The position numbers were made by a program, and so were the translations under genes. From positions 1-64,000 of the IMG/VR virus record IMGVR_UViG_3300044994_000320: a stretch of 64,000 bases of DNA. One strand, 5' to 3'. Shown here piece by piece: positions 25,963-36,525 of this stretch. The notes beneath the pieces were generated by a model. That model worked only from the letters and a program-made list of their open reading frames with translations, did not search any database and had not been told where the DNA came from. The DNA comes from a virus. Numbering within the stretch: position 1 is the first letter of the stretch; each line of letters begins with the position of its first letter.

Positions 25963-27840
25963 ATGGTAGAGAATAGGCCAAAGACATTCAATCTTTCTGA
26001 AATGAAGCCTTCGGTGCGTAAAAAACAATACGCGCCAGATGAGAAATTTTTACCTGAAAATGTAGAGAACAGCCTAAACTCCGATAGGGATGTCTCCGGC
26101 CCTGCCCTCTCCCCACTCGCCGATCAAAGCTCATTACAGAAGCAAGAAGCGCGGCTTCAAAATTTTCAGAAAGCTTTTGAGCGCCGTGAAAGAGCTTTCG
26201 ATAAGAGGATAAGAAACGAGAAATGGGGAAATTTTAGCATTTCCGAAGTCGTACAAAAAGCCTTCGATTTAGGTAAAATCCTCACAGGACGTGTGCCTTA
26301 CCCGTATCAAGAAACTCCGATCAAAAGGCTATTCCTATCTGTTTTGCTCAATGATGGAGAAGAGCTTGTGTTTGAATTTAGTCGGCAATCCGGCAAAACA
26401 GATGCTGTGGCCTTTGCCATCTGCACGATTTGTACGATATTTCCAGCTCTCGCCGAATTTTTTCCACAGATAGACCATCTAAAGAATGGAGTAAGGTTTG
26501 GTGTTTATGCAGGCACGCATACACAAGCCGAAAACCTGAAAGAGCGCGTTCATTTTTTTATGAACAGCGATCAAGCGAAAGAAGTTTTAAGTGACCCCGA
26601 TCTTGAAATCGAAGTTGAAGATAACGCCTGGTCTAACGGCTCCTCGGTGTTTTATTCCTCTGCCGCAGCGCAAACAAAGATCGAAGCTAAAACTTTTGAC
26701 ATAGTTATCTGCGAAGAGTGCCAAGACATCCCAGACATAAAGATTACAAAGTCAATTCACCCGATGCTCGCCGCCCGTAACGGGACTCTGGTGAAGATCG
26801 GCACTCCGATCCCAACAATTTGCGAACTTTACAAAGCCGTTACGCGTCAACGGCGAATGGACCTTACAAGGAATAAAAACCGTCAGTGCTGTTTTATCGT
26901 CGATTACAAAGAGGCGCAAAAATACAACGTCAAGTACCGTAAGTACATTCAACACGAGAAAGAGCGTATCGGAGAAGATAGCGATGCGTTCCGTATGTCG
27001 TATGGTCTTGAGTGGATTCTCGACAAAGGGATGGTCATTACTCACGACGAGTTTGAGCGCAAACTTGAAATGTCCAACCTGCATCTCGGCAATACGCAAT
27101 TTGATGGAATAGTCGTCGGCGGTCTCGACCTCGCTAAAGAAGTAAACTCTACTGTTTTTACCGCTATCGGCTTGCGGCCCGTCATTATGTACAGGGACGG
27201 TTTCAAAGAAACGGTCTTTGAACACCAGATCCTCGATTGGATGGAAATGCAACAAAAAGACTGGGATGAGCAGCTTCATCATATTAAGAATTTTGCGCGG
27301 AAATTTCGCAATATGCAATGCCTCGCATTCGATCAAACCGGGCTAGGCAACGTCGTGTTCGACTTACTCAAGAAGCATTTTAGAGAAGCTGGGGTAAAGC
27401 CAATCGGGGTAAACTTCACAGGAAAAAAGGGTGAAATGGCTGAAGCATTCGATCAGCTTATCGCCGATAACTTGCTAAAAGTCCCTGCGTCGTCTCAATC
27501 AAAAAAGACCCGCAGATGGCAAAAGTTCTATTACCAGCTTATTGAGTGCGAGCGAGTGTTCAAAAACGGCGAAATCCGGTTTCAGAAACCCAAAGAAGCC
27601 GGGGCAATGGACGATTACGTAGATTCTCTGCTACTCGCCATTTATGCCGCTAGAACAAAACTAAGGTCTCCGGTTGTTCACCAGCACGTTAATGTCTTTA
27701 AGAACAGTTTTAGGGAAGTTCGCGATAACAAGATAGTCGGTTTCGACAATGTGCGGCGTATCGGCCGGCAAAAACTCGCGATAGCCATGGCAAGATCAAT
27801 GAGCGAAAACCGCTTAGCCGCCCTTTCCGAATCCGACTAA
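25963..27840 (+). CDS. terL: Terminase large subunit
   Basis: Walker A FSRQSGKT, Walker B IVICEE, nuclease motifs GGLDLAK, FDQTGLG, DDYVDS. Confidence 0.95.
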   Translation: MVENRPKTFNLSEMKPSVRKKQYAPDEKFLPENVENSLNSDRDVSGPALSPLADQSSLQKQEARLQNFQKAFERRERAFDKRIRNEKWGNFSISEVVQKAFDLGKILTGRVPYPYQETPIKRLFLSVLLNDGEELVFEFSRQSGKTDAVAFAICTICTIFPALAEFFPQIDHLKNGVRFGVYAGTHTQAENLKERVHFFMNSDQAKEVLSDPDLEIEVEDNAWSNGSSVFYSSAAAQTKIEAKTFDIVICEECQDIPDIKITKSIHPMLAARNGTLVKIGTPIPTICELYKAVTRQRRMDLTRNKNRQCCFIVDYKEAQKYNVKYRKYIQHEKERIGEDSDAFRMSYGLEWILDKGMVITHDEFERKLEMSNLHLGNTQFDGIVVGGLDLAKEVNSTVFTAIGLRPVIMYRDGFKETVFEHQILDWMEMQQKDWDEQLHHIKNFARKFRNMQCLAFDQTGLGNVVFDLLKKHFREAGVKPIGVNFTGKKGEMAEAFDQLIADNLLKVPASSQSKKTRRWQKFYYQLIECERVFKNGEIRFQKPKEAGAMDDYVDSLLLAIYAARTKLRSPVVHQHVNVFKNSFREVRDNKIVGFDNVRRIGRQKLAIAMARSMSENRLAALSESD

Positions 27841-27924
27841 AAGTTTGCGTCAAATCGAGAAATTCGCTTAAATGACTCATTTAAGGCAGGTATAGTGTCC
27901 TTATTTTCAGATCTGTCAAAAATA

Positions 27925-28004
27925 GGTATAAAGAATTTTTATACCACCTATAAAAAATTTTTCGACCCCTATTAAAATTCTTTATACCACCTATAAAAAA
28001 TTTT
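27925..28004. repeat. 24-bp direct repeat (TTTATACCACCTATAAAAAATTTT x2, 43-bp period) plus overlapping inverted repeat
   Basis: Copies at 27938-27961 and 27981-28004; GGTATAAA (27925-27932) pairs with TTTATACC (27938-27945). Confidence 0.9.
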
Positions 28005-28142
28005 ACCCCTAAATACATAAACAAAATAAAGAAATAGAAAAAGAGAAAAGAACTTGCGCTTTCGCGCGCCGGAGGCAAATGACCTAAAACGATTGACCGC
28101 CTAAAAACAGCATTTTAGAGCGCTTTAGTTTCCCGCAAAAAT

Positions 28143-29765
28143 ATGAGTTTTATCGCCTCAGTCGTTTCTTATGGTTCCAAAGTCCTTAGAACTGTTTTTC
28201 GCGTTTCGACACATGAAGAACTATTGCGGGAAGAGCAGGCAAGACTTAACCGCTATCAGGAAAACTGGGACTGGTACAACGGCTTTCACTGGAAACATTC
28301 TCGTGAATCCGGTGATATGCCTTACGTAAACTGGGCGAAGCGTGTTGTTAATCGTTTGACTTACGCACTTGTAGGCATCCCACCAAAGCTCCGCGTAGAT
28401 GAAACGCACAAAGACATGCTGAAATACCACCAAGACACTGTAAGGGCTTCCGGAAAATCCATCTTTTTAGATGCGGTTCAAATGGGCTCAGTTACAGGCG
28501 ACCTGTACTTAAAAGCAGAGTATGACGCTACTAGGCCAATAGATGACCAAGTTTATTTTCGTGTTTTGGAAAGTGGCAAGTGCTTCCCTATTTATCGTCG
28601 CGGTGAGCTTATCGCATTTCGTCACTACTACGCTGAAACCTCTGATCAGGGTGAGATTACGCTCCTGTATGAGCATTGGACAAAAACAGAGTGGTACATC
28701 GCAAGGGTTAAAGACGATGAAATTGTCAGCAACAATGGTAAAAAGACCCCCCATTCTTGGGGCTTTGTTCCATTTGTCCATGTCGCAAATAATAAGTCCG
28801 GCAATCTGGTTTTCGGTATTTCTGACATCGAAGATTTGCGCGAAGTAAATCGCGAATTCAACAAAAATTTGGTTCGTTATCGTGATGCGGCAGAGTATGA
28901 CGGAGACCCCCAGCTTGCTTTTTTTGGTTTTGATGCAGAAGAAATCGAGCGCGGTGCAGATCAAGCATGGGGTGGTTTACCGATAGAGGGTCGAATAGAG
29001 GTAATAGGCGCTTCTAGTGATTACCCTGCTTTGCAAAAGCTTATGGAGATCCTAAAAGAGGCCATCCATATAAATGCCTCTATGCCAAAAGGCGCGCTTG
29101 GAGATGAAACCGATCCATACTCTTCTTCTGCTGCGTTGCAAACCAAGCTTTTACCTATAGAAGAAAACCTCGTCCGTAAACGCGCAGCTTATTCAGAGGG
29201 TTTCGAGAAAATTTTAGCTATTTGTCTTCAAATTCGTAATGCTGTACAAAACCTCGGTCTTGAAAAGAGGAAGTTTACTGCCACGAGAATGAAACCGCTC
29301 GAAAAAGCGGAAGTTTTTGATCCAGAAGGAGAAGTCAAGATCGAAACAGAAGAGGTTGTGAGCACTCGCCCTTATTATGAAGTCTATGTAAAATTCCAAG
29401 ACAGTCTGCCAAAAAATCGTGCAGAAATGCTTGTATCTATAGGTCAAGAAATGCAGCTCGAACTAGAAACCCGGCGTGGCGCACTCGAACGTTTGGGTGA
29501 AGAAAATATCGATCAGAAAATGCTCGATCTCGCACAAGATTTTCAAGAGCGCCTTGATAGAAAAATACGAGAAGCAGAGGCCCTCGGTGAAGTCTCTACA
29601 GAATATCAAGGTGACACGAGTACTGATGGCGAAACCAATGACACAGGCAACGAAGCGCGTAAAATCGGTCAAGGTGCCGACACTAGAATGGGCCAAAGAC
29701 GTATAGGCTCGAAAAGAAATAAAAACGGCGGATTCAAAAACGATCGCGGAGAAAAGACTCAATGA
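28143..29765 (+). CDS. Portal protein (SPP1 gp6-like)
   Basis: Follows terL; WDWYNG, GSVTGD, HSWGFVPFVHVAN..GISDIED, SSAAL motifs. Confidence 0.9.
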   Translation: MSFIASVVSYGSKVLRTVFRVSTHEELLREEQARLNRYQENWDWYNGFHWKHSRESGDMPYVNWAKRVVNRLTYALVGIPPKLRVDETHKDMLKYHQDTVRASGKSIFLDAVQMGSVTGDLYLKAEYDATRPIDDQVYFRVLESGKCFPIYRRGELIAFRHYYAETSDQGEITLLYEHWTKTEWYIARVKDDEIVSNNGKKTPHSWGFVPFVHVANNKSGNLVFGISDIEDLREVNREFNKNLVRYRDAAEYDGDPQLAFFGFDAEEIERGADQAWGGLPIEGRIEVIGASSDYPALQKLMEILKEAIHINASMPKGALGDETDPYSSSAALQTKLLPIEENLVRKRAAYSEGFEKILAICLQIRNAVQNLGLEKRKFTATRMKPLEKAEVFDPEGEVKIETEEVVSTRPYYEVYVKFQDSLPKNRAEMLVSIGQEMQLELETRRGALERLGEENIDQKMLDLAQDFQERLDRKIREAEALGEVSTEYQGDTSTDGETNDTGNEARKIGQGADTRMGQRRIGSKRNKNGGFKNDRGEKTQ

Positions 29766-30085
29766 ATACCCCTTACTTCGACCCCTCTATCCCTATAGAG
29801 CGCCGTGAAGAACTCACAGCTCTTCTAGAAAAAATTCGTGATTCCCTCGTCTGCACTGCAGTTATTCCAGAAGAAGAAAGAAACTTGCGCATTCGTCGTG
29901 CTCGATTTTACATCGAAATGGAAGATGAAAACAAGGTCCCTATTCATTTTTCTACGGATGACTTTAACGTCCTTTTATTTTTAGAAGGAACCCCCGAATC
30001 TCAGCAGCATCAAGCATGGCTTGAACGCGAATTAGATGAGGAAATAAAATTTCAACAAGGAGATTACGATGCCAGAACCAATTGA
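29762..30085 (+). CDS. Hypothetical head-region protein
   Basis: Coupled to portal. Confidence 0.6.
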   Translation: MNTPYFDPSIPIERREELTALLEKIRDSLVCTAVIPEEERNLRIRRARFYIEMEDENKVPIHFSTDDFNVLLFLEGTPESQQHQAWLERELDEEIKFQQGDYDARTN

Positions 30086-30794
30086 AGGAAATCAGGCCAA
30101 AGACGCTCCTGCAGAAACCACCACGACACCTAAAACAGACACAAAAAAGATGTACACGCAGGATGAACTCGATGAGATCGTAAAAGCCGCTGTGTCAAAG
30201 GCGGTGAATACCGAAAAAGACAAGCTTTACGAAACTATCGAAAAGCTTAAAAGCGACATTGAAAAGAACAACAAGTTCTTTCAACAGATTGAAGAAGAGA
30301 AGAAAAAAGCGATAGCAGACGCTGAAAATCAAAAGCGTGAAAAGATGAGTGAAACACAGAAACTCTCTTTGCAGATTGAGGAGTTACAGAAGCAAATTGC
30401 CGAAATGGCCGAAAATCACAGAAGTGAGCTTGACGCCATTCGTAAGCGAGCCGACCAAAAAGCTCTTGACGACCATAAGGAAAAATTGCTTCTGAAGTAC
30501 CAAGATGAGATTGTTCCAGGTCTTGTGTCTGGTAACTCTATCGAAGAACTCAACGCTTCGGTTGAAGTTGCCCGTCGCGAATACCAGAACATTCTCGCTA
30601 AGGCTGAAAAGAAAAAACAAAATGACACACAAGTACAAGCTCAGAATACCGCTCCGATACCTCTTGAAACAAAAGAACCTCTTTCACCACAGCCCAGCGC
30701 TTCCAACGTGAATCCACGATCTGCCCGGAGTCTTCAAGACCTCCGGACTATCGAAGAAGAAATCGTTGGTAGCTTTGTAAAAAACCTAAAGTAA
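30069..30794 (+). CDS. Capsid scaffolding protein
   Basis: YTQDELD start, long coiled coil, position before MCP. Confidence 0.8.
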   Translation: MPEPIEGNQAKDAPAETTTTPKTDTKKMYTQDELDEIVKAAVSKAVNTEKDKLYETIEKLKSDIEKNNKFFQQIEEEKKKAIADAENQKREKMSETQKLSLQIEELQKQIAEMAENHRSELDAIRKRADQKALDDHKEKLLLKYQDEIVPGLVSGNSIEELNASVEVARREYQNILAKAEKKKQNDTQVQAQNTAPIPLETKEPLSPQPSASNVNPRSARSLQDLRTIEEEIVGSFVKNLK

Positions 30795-30806
30795 AAGGAG
30801 TAAAGG

Positions 30807-31715
30807 ATGGCAGCAACCTTAATAGCTGATATACCAGACGCAGTTTTGCAGGTATATTCGCGAAAAGCGATTTTGAAGGCCATGCCACGTCTCGTTTTTG
30901 CTAACTTCGCTACGCGCGAAGATCAGCTTGGCGAAGAAAGTGGTGAAAGGCTTAACTTTCTCAAGTACGATAACTTGACGAAAGGCGGTAAATTGGGGAA
31001 CGAGACAACCCCAATCCCAAAAAGAAAATTGTCTGAAAGTCAGGTAAATATCACCGTTGACGAATACGGCAATGCAGTTCAAGTCTCACGTCGTGCTCTT
31101 CGCGCGTCTTTCCGTCGAATCATGGACGATATCGCAACCCTTCTGGGCCGCGACTACGCTTTGGTTTTAGACGAAATGATTCGCGATGCGTACCTCACTA
31201 CGGCAAACAAGTTTTATGGTATTAAGTCAAATACTGCTACGAACCAGATTACTTCTGCCCACAAGCTGACGACTGCCAGTATCAAGGACGTGATCGAGCG
31301 CATGAAAACTTCGAACATTCCGCCAATGATCCGTGGCGGTGACCAGCATTTTGTTGGTATATTCCACCCAACGCAGCTTCGTTCGCTTCGAGACGACGCC
31401 GCATGGCTGTCTCCACACCAGTATGTAGATACCGCAGAGATTTACAATGGTGAAGTCGGTAAGTACGAAGGTGTTGTTTTCATCGAAACCACTCAAATCC
31501 CGGCCCTTGCAGGTGCAGGTTCGGGAGGTATCGACGTTTATCGCGGTCTTGTTTTCGGCGAAGACGCCGTAGGTTTTTCAGAACCCGTTCCATTCGAGCT
31601 CGTTGATGACGGTATCGAGGATTTTAAGCGCCTGCAGTCAATCGGTTGGTATTCAATCATGGGTGCCGGCATCATCAACGACCACGTTTTTGAACTGCAA
31701 ACTGCAGGTTCGTAA
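30807..31715 (+). CDS. Major capsid protein (N4-gp56-like HK97 fold)
   Basis: EYGNAV, FHPTQLRSLRDD..W, NGEVGKYEGVVFIET motifs. Confidence 0.93.
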   Translation: MAATLIADIPDAVLQVYSRKAILKAMPRLVFANFATREDQLGEESGERLNFLKYDNLTKGGKLGNETTPIPKRKLSESQVNITVDEYGNAVQVSRRALRASFRRIMDDIATLLGRDYALVLDEMIRDAYLTTANKFYGIKSNTATNQITSAHKLTTASIKDVIERMKTSNIPPMIRGGDQHFVGIFHPTQLRSLRDDAAWLSPHQYVDTAEIYNGEVGKYEGVVFIETTQIPALAGAGSGGIDVYRGLVFGEDAVGFSEPVPFELVDDGIEDFKRLQSIGWYSIMGAGIINDHVFELQTAGS

Positions 31716-31729
31716 AAGGAAGGTAACAG

Positions 31730-32017
31730 ATGGCAACAGGTAATGACAAGTTTCCGGGATCAAAGGTACCGTACCATTTCACTGCGTTCGACACAGCGCT
31801 CGCCGCTGCTGGAACGATTGCAGTTACGCATGCCGCAGATCCAAACAAAGTGCGAAAAGTTACTGTTATTGATCAGGCAACTGGCAATATCGTCCCTTTT
31901 AGCACTCCAGCCGGTAACACCGCTCAATGCACATTTACCAGCAATACCGTAACCACAATCACGAATCGTACCGGCGGAACAGTAAACTGGCTCGTCGTAG
32001 TTACGGTTAACCCGTAA
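31730..32017 (+). CDS. Putative capsid decoration/small structural protein
   Basis: Beta-rich Thr/Ala-rich ORF right after MCP. Confidence 0.55.
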   Translation: MATGNDKFPGSKVPYHFTAFDTALAAAGTIAVTHAADPNKVRKVTVIDQATGNIVPFSTPAGNTAQCTFTSNTVTTITNRTGGTVNWLVVVTVNP

Positions 32018-32026
32018 GGAGATTTT

Positions 32027-32503
32027 ATGGCAGCAGAAGAATTTCAAGAAGGTGACGAACCGGTTGATACCAGCTTTGATACACCCGATGAAGGCCAAGT
32101 GCTAGAATCAGAGTCAGATTCGGTTTCATCCGAGCCCCCTTCCCCTAAAAACGCTATCCAGGGTATGCGACCACTATCAAATGTTGGTCGCGGCCGTGCA
32201 CAGGCAAAAGCAGAGACAGCCGGATTGAGCATCCCTATAGATGACGGCGAAATTATCGACGAAGAAGAAACGCGCGTCGATCCAGCGGAAGCAGCCGCCT
32301 CCGTTTTTGGCGAGCCGCGCAAAAAAGCTCACTTCGTTGTGGAATCCGATAGCGATTCTGAAAAATTCGTCGTTTGGGTAGATACCAACATTCGTTGCTG
32401 GATCGGCCCAAAACATCTAGAATTTAAGAAAGACCAGAAGTACCGTGTTTCTAAAAATGTGAAAGACGTGCTTCTCGCACGCGGCGCCCTAAAAGCCGTG
32501 TAA
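32027..32503 (+). CDS. Head-associated hypothetical protein (acidic N-terminus)
   Basis: AAGGAG RBS; compact C-terminal domain. Confidence 0.6.
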   Translation: MAAEEFQEGDEPVDTSFDTPDEGQVLESESDSVSSEPPSPKNAIQGMRPLSNVGRGRAQAKAETAGLSIPIDDGEIIDEEETRVDPAEAAASVFGEPRKKAHFVVESDSDSEKFVVWVDTNIRCWIGPKHLEFKKDQKYRVSKNVKDVLLARGALKAV

Positions 32504-32509
32504 ACCAGA

Positions 32510-32540
32510 AGGCGTCGAAGTAGCACTTCGACGCCTATTT
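32510..32540 (+). terminator. Terminator-like hairpin after head genes
   Basis: AGGCGTCGAAG-TAGCA-CTTCGACGCCT-ATTT. Confidence 0.7.
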
Positions 32541-32551
32541 AGAGGTACTAA

Positions 32552-34804
32552 ATGGCTTTAATAACAAGAGACACCTACAACCCAGAAAAAAATCGCGCTA
32601 AGGTTGTTATTCAAAAGGGAAAGCCAGGAATAGATGCCGAAATAAATGAAATGCAGGACATTTTGCGCGGCTACCTCAACAATTTCTACGATCTCCTATT
32701 TACCGGTTTTAGCGCTCTAGGTTTCCAGATACAAGAACACCCAACAGTTAAAGAGCAAAATTTTTTGATTAAGCTTGGTCGTTTTTACGGCAAACTCCCG
32801 CGATTAAACAGTATCGATACAAGCTATGTAAATCAGGCCGTAGACTATACGTTTCAAACAATTTCTCCAGTAATGCTCACTACTCCTGTCAGTAACAGGA
32901 CAGACCTCGTCTATTTAGACGTTTGGCGCGAAGAAGTAAACTCTACAACAGACGTTTCGCAAATCGACACTTCTTTAGGTGCAGAAACGGCCGTTCGTGA
33001 TGTAATTAAGTTTGCAGTTAAGGTTCTCGAAGGCTCTACGACATTACCAACGCCGGCCAGTGGTCACGAGCATCACGTGCTTGCGCATATAAATCGTCTT
33101 GCTGGGAACGCGCAAATTTTAGCGTCTATGATTGTCGATAAGCGAAACATCATCGCCAGTCTCGACGACACAATCAAAGCTCGAAGAGCCTACCCATTTA
33201 AGGTTTCAAGCGCGAAGGCGAATCTTCTTAACGATAATAAGGCATACGGCGTAAGTAATATGCTCTTAAACGGATGTGAGGGTGATCGAGAGTATTTTAT
33301 TACAAAGATTTCTCGCAATGTTGGAGGCGCTTGGATTGTCGAAATTTCCGATACTGTTAGTCTAGTTGCGCGGTTTAGTTCTACGATTAACCCAGAAGGG
33401 AGTGAGTATTTCCAAGTATCCCCCGTTGGTATTTCAAATGTTCGCGGGTTTGGTCGTATAAAGTGGTCTGATATTCCAAATGGTGCTACGTACACTTTCG
33501 CTCAAGGCGACTTGATTATTCTTGATCAAAACTGCTCTACTTCTACGCAGAATACCGGCCCCGGCGGTGCCGGTAGTGGAAATAAAGTCACCACGTATCG
33601 TTCAGGTCAAGCCCCTCTTTATGTCGATCCCAGTGACCCTACTGGTCGTCGTTGCCGCGTTTTTAGGCGCGATGTACAGCTTGTATCCGCTGATGGGTCA
33701 TTACAGCAGCACGTTGAACAAGAGCAAGAAAATCCAGTTTCGCGCGTTGATAATAAAGCTGAAGATATTTCAGATGTTTACATCTTGCAAAACGCGATGT
33801 CTGAACTTCCCGCAAACAAGATCCTCTTTACCCCCAACCCCGATGTACTATTCAGTGATCGACACCAACGTGTAGGTTTCTACGTAGCTGTAAAAGGTCT
33901 TGGCTATACCGGTATTCGCATAACTATTCATGATGACACTAATCAAGTTATCAGCACAGCCGATGTTCCAATCGGCAGCATCCCTAACGGGGATTGGATG
34001 TATGTCGACCTGCCGTGTATTTTAGAGTACGGTAGAACGTACCACTATCATTTCCACACTCTGAACTTTACCGTCGGTACATCCCCACGTTTTGGTGCTT
34101 CTTCGAGCGGTGTTATAGCTTTTCGTGAAATGTACAAGCCGTTTAGCGGAAAATTCGGAAGCCCCGACTGGGAAGACGTGGTTGTGCTATTTTCAGAGGC
34201 CGGTCTTTTGATCCCCGCCCGTGTTTTGGGCGAAGATGTCGGCTATGCCAGCGGCCCCGGCGTTTTTGACGTTATGGCCGTCGATTTTAGTGATGACGCT
34301 AAATGGGCTGCGTGGGAGTACAATGACTATATCGGCGTTGATTTGCTTACAGGCCGCGTAAAATTTCCACCGTCTCTTAACCCGCTTAATTATGGCGTAA
34401 ATTTCAATGCGCTTGAAAACTGGGAGCAGGCAGACGGAAAAAATACGCTTATGCACGGCGAAAGCCGCTCTGTTCAAGAGGAACTCGTCTTTTTACGTAA
34501 TAGTTTGATCGTCGGAGCGCCTTACGGTTTTTCTGCAGTAGTTTCTGGCGGAACAGTGGCCCAACCCGCAGAAGTTGTTTTTCAGCGCACCCCAACAAGC
34601 GAACCCTACAACCAAAATTTGCGCTGGAAAGCGGCCCTTTCTTGGACAAATACCCCCATCGTCGGCCTTTTAGCTTCTGTTGTTTACTCGAAGAGTTTCG
34701 ATGGCGGCACTACCTATACAGAGATAGGATCAGACGTCTATGCATACGATGGATCAGGTTATTTAGTTTCAGTATCTTCGTCCGACAAACAACGTATAAC
34801 GTAA
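32552..34804 (+). CDS. DUF6519-like N-terminal domain tail/fibre protein
   Basis: RDTYNP.K...V.IQKGK..DAEINE and LVYLDVWREEV..ETAVR motifs. Confidence 0.65.
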   Translation: MALITRDTYNPEKNRAKVVIQKGKPGIDAEINEMQDILRGYLNNFYDLLFTGFSALGFQIQEHPTVKEQNFLIKLGRFYGKLPRLNSIDTSYVNQAVDYTFQTISPVMLTTPVSNRTDLVYLDVWREEVNSTTDVSQIDTSLGAETAVRDVIKFAVKVLEGSTTLPTPASGHEHHVLAHINRLAGNAQILASMIVDKRNIIASLDDTIKARRAYPFKVSSAKANLLNDNKAYGVSNMLLNGCEGDREYFITKISRNVGGAWIVEISDTVSLVARFSSTINPEGSEYFQVSPVGISNVRGFGRIKWSDIPNGATYTFAQGDLIILDQNCSTSTQNTGPGGAGSGNKVTTYRSGQAPLYVDPSDPTGRRCRVFRRDVQLVSADGSLQQHVEQEQENPVSRVDNKAEDISDVYILQNAMSELPANKILFTPNPDVLFSDRHQRVGFYVAVKGLGYTGIRITIHDDTNQVISTADVPIGSIPNGDWMYVDLPCILEYGRTYHYHFHTLNFTVGTSPRFGASSSGVIAFREMYKPFSGKFGSPDWEDVVVLFSEAGLLIPARVLGEDVGYASGPGVFDVMAVDFSDDAKWAAWEYNDYIGVDLLTGRVKFPPSLNPLNYGVNFNALENWEQADGKNTLMHGESRSVQEELVFLRNSLIVGAPYGFSAVVSGGTVAQPAEVVFQRTPTSEPYNQNLRWKAALSWTNTPIVGLLASVVYSKSFDGGTTYTEIGSDVYAYDGSGYLVSVSSSDKQRIT

Positions 34805-34817
34805 GGAGCCTAAAAAA

Positions 34818-35399
34818 ATGTTTCTTTTTCAGCAAGCTCTTGCACGTCTTCGTGTAGAAAAAGTCGATAAGGTAAATAACATTGCCGAAACGATTACCGG
34901 GCAAAAAACTTTGTCTTTGTCGCCACTTATTGCAGTTGGCGGAGAGTCTTCTAATGCCCAAGCCGTACAAACGCGTTCACAAATTGTTGCTGTCGCTCAA
35001 GCCGAAGGAGCGGCTGCAGCTGCCGCAGTTATTAAGAATATTCCTACATGGACAGAAACTTTACAGGCTCCCTCCGCTCGTGCTGTAGAAGAGCGCGTTA
35101 CCCCAGGTGTAACGGTTGAAACCTATACCTCTGGCCCCCTCGTTTTGAATTTTTCTACTGGCTTTCCTGTGAAAGACGTTCAAGGCGCAAGTGTGGCTCC
35201 AGCCAATATATCCATAGTTGGCGTAGCAGAAGGCGGTTCGTATGCGTTTAAGTTCATTTCAGACGTAAGTACCAGTTCAGAGTCACTCGGCTGCGTTTGG
35301 CCGAATGGTACAAACCCGATATTTGTTGAAAGCAAAACGTATATGATAAACTTTATCGTAATCTCTGGAGTTAAGCACGCTGTATCCACTGCGTATTAA
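34818..35399 (+). CDS. Short fibre-like structural protein
   Basis: ETITGQKT fibre motif, C-terminal beta domain with WPNG..P. Confidence 0.55.
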   Translation: MFLFQQALARLRVEKVDKVNNIAETITGQKTLSLSPLIAVGGESSNAQAVQTRSQIVAVAQAEGAAAAAAVIKNIPTWTETLQAPSARAVEERVTPGVTVETYTSGPLVLNFSTGFPVKDVQGASVAPANISIVGVAEGGSYAFKFISDVSTSSESLGCVWPNGTNPIFVESKTYMINFIVISGVKHAVSTAY

Positions 35400-35401
35400 A
35401 A

Positions 35402-36424
35402 ATGAAAGGTATACACTACCCGATTACCCCGAGAACCGGTTTTTTCGGTGGAGGCTCAAGTTGGCCTAATGGCTCAGATGGCGACCTAAATATCACAACG
35501 CATGTTATAGTTACAACGTGGTCGGTTAAAGATTACAGGAACATCTATATCTCGCCAACCGGCATTTTAGAGATTCAGCAGAATGCGTTTTGGACTTTTA
35601 TCGGTTGTACCGGGACGTTCGTAATCGATGGTATTTTGCGCGTTGTAAATACCGGTGCAGCAGGTACTATTTTAAGTAATACCCCAGGTCTTTCCGGCGC
35701 GCTCACAGGCCCCCCAATAAGTCACAACATTGTCCAAAAAAACGGAGGCAATGGTGGGTTTGGTAATAAAACAAGAAATACTTTGTTCGGCTGTTCGGAG
35801 TCCAACAGTTCTGGCGGCGCTCAAAACGCCGGCGGTGGCGGTGGCGGTGGCGGTGGCAATACTTGGCACGGCAGTTCCTGTTCAAACTACGTTGTAGGCA
35901 ATAACGGCGCTCCCGGCGGCCCTAACGGTGAAGGTGGTTCAGGTGGTTCAGGCGGAAATTGGGCAAGCGTTGTCGGAGGCTCAGGTGGTTCTGGCGGCGC
36001 TTTATCTGGTGGAAACGGTGGCGGAGGTGGAGTAGGCAACGTCTCTGGTGCCAGTGGCCCTGGTGGAGGTGGAGGCGGTGCTCGAGGTTTTCACGGCGGG
36101 TGCCTTATGATACGTATGCGCTCAAGCAATCTTGTCATAAACGGTTCTATTCAAGCCAAAGGCTATCCCGGTGGTAACGGCGGTGCCGGAGCGAGCACAG
36201 GCGGTAATGCCGGCGGTGCCGGTGGTGGAGGTGGAGGCGCTGGAGGATCAGGTGGAAAAGTCTCCATTCTTACCCCATTCTCCGTAATAAATTTCGGAAA
36301 TATAGACATTAGCGGAGGTCCCGGTGGAACAGGCGGCACACAAGGCGGCGCAGCAATTATAGGTTCCGCCGGAGATAACGGGCAAAATGGCAATCCTGGC
36401 GTTAAAGAGGTCATCGTTGGGTAA
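35402..36424 (+). CDS. Glycine-rich (adhesin-like) structural protein
   Basis: GSDGDL start and extensive GGGGG/GGxGG tracts. Confidence 0.7.
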   Translation: MKGIHYPITPRTGFFGGGSSWPNGSDGDLNITTHVIVTTWSVKDYRNIYISPTGILEIQQNAFWTFIGCTGTFVIDGILRVVNTGAAGTILSNTPGLSGALTGPPISHNIVQKNGGNGGFGNKTRNTLFGCSESNSSGGAQNAGGGGGGGGGNTWHGSSCSNYVVGNNGAPGGPNGEGGSGGSGGNWASVVGGSGGSGGALSGGNGGGGGVGNVSGASGPGGGGGGARGFHGGCLMIRMRSSNLVINGSIQAKGYPGGNGGAGASTGGNAGGAGGGGGGAGGSGGKVSILTPFSVINFGNIDISGGPGGTGGTQGGAAIIGSAGDNGQNGNPGVKEVIVG

Positions 36425-36525
36425 AAGAGTTTACATACTCAATGCGGCGCCAGAAAAAGGCGAGGCTCTTTTAGCAGACCCGCATCTCGAAATCATCCAG
36501 CACAAAAGAGTAAAGGAGTTTTCAG

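Noticed and set aside
26752-27336. Minus-strand 194-aa ORF (possible intron/homing endonuclease in terL)
   Set aside because: terL frame is uninterrupted and the ORF has no nuclease motifs
35800-36400. GGT/GGC-rich repeats as DNA structural element
   Set aside because: Explained by poly-glycine coding
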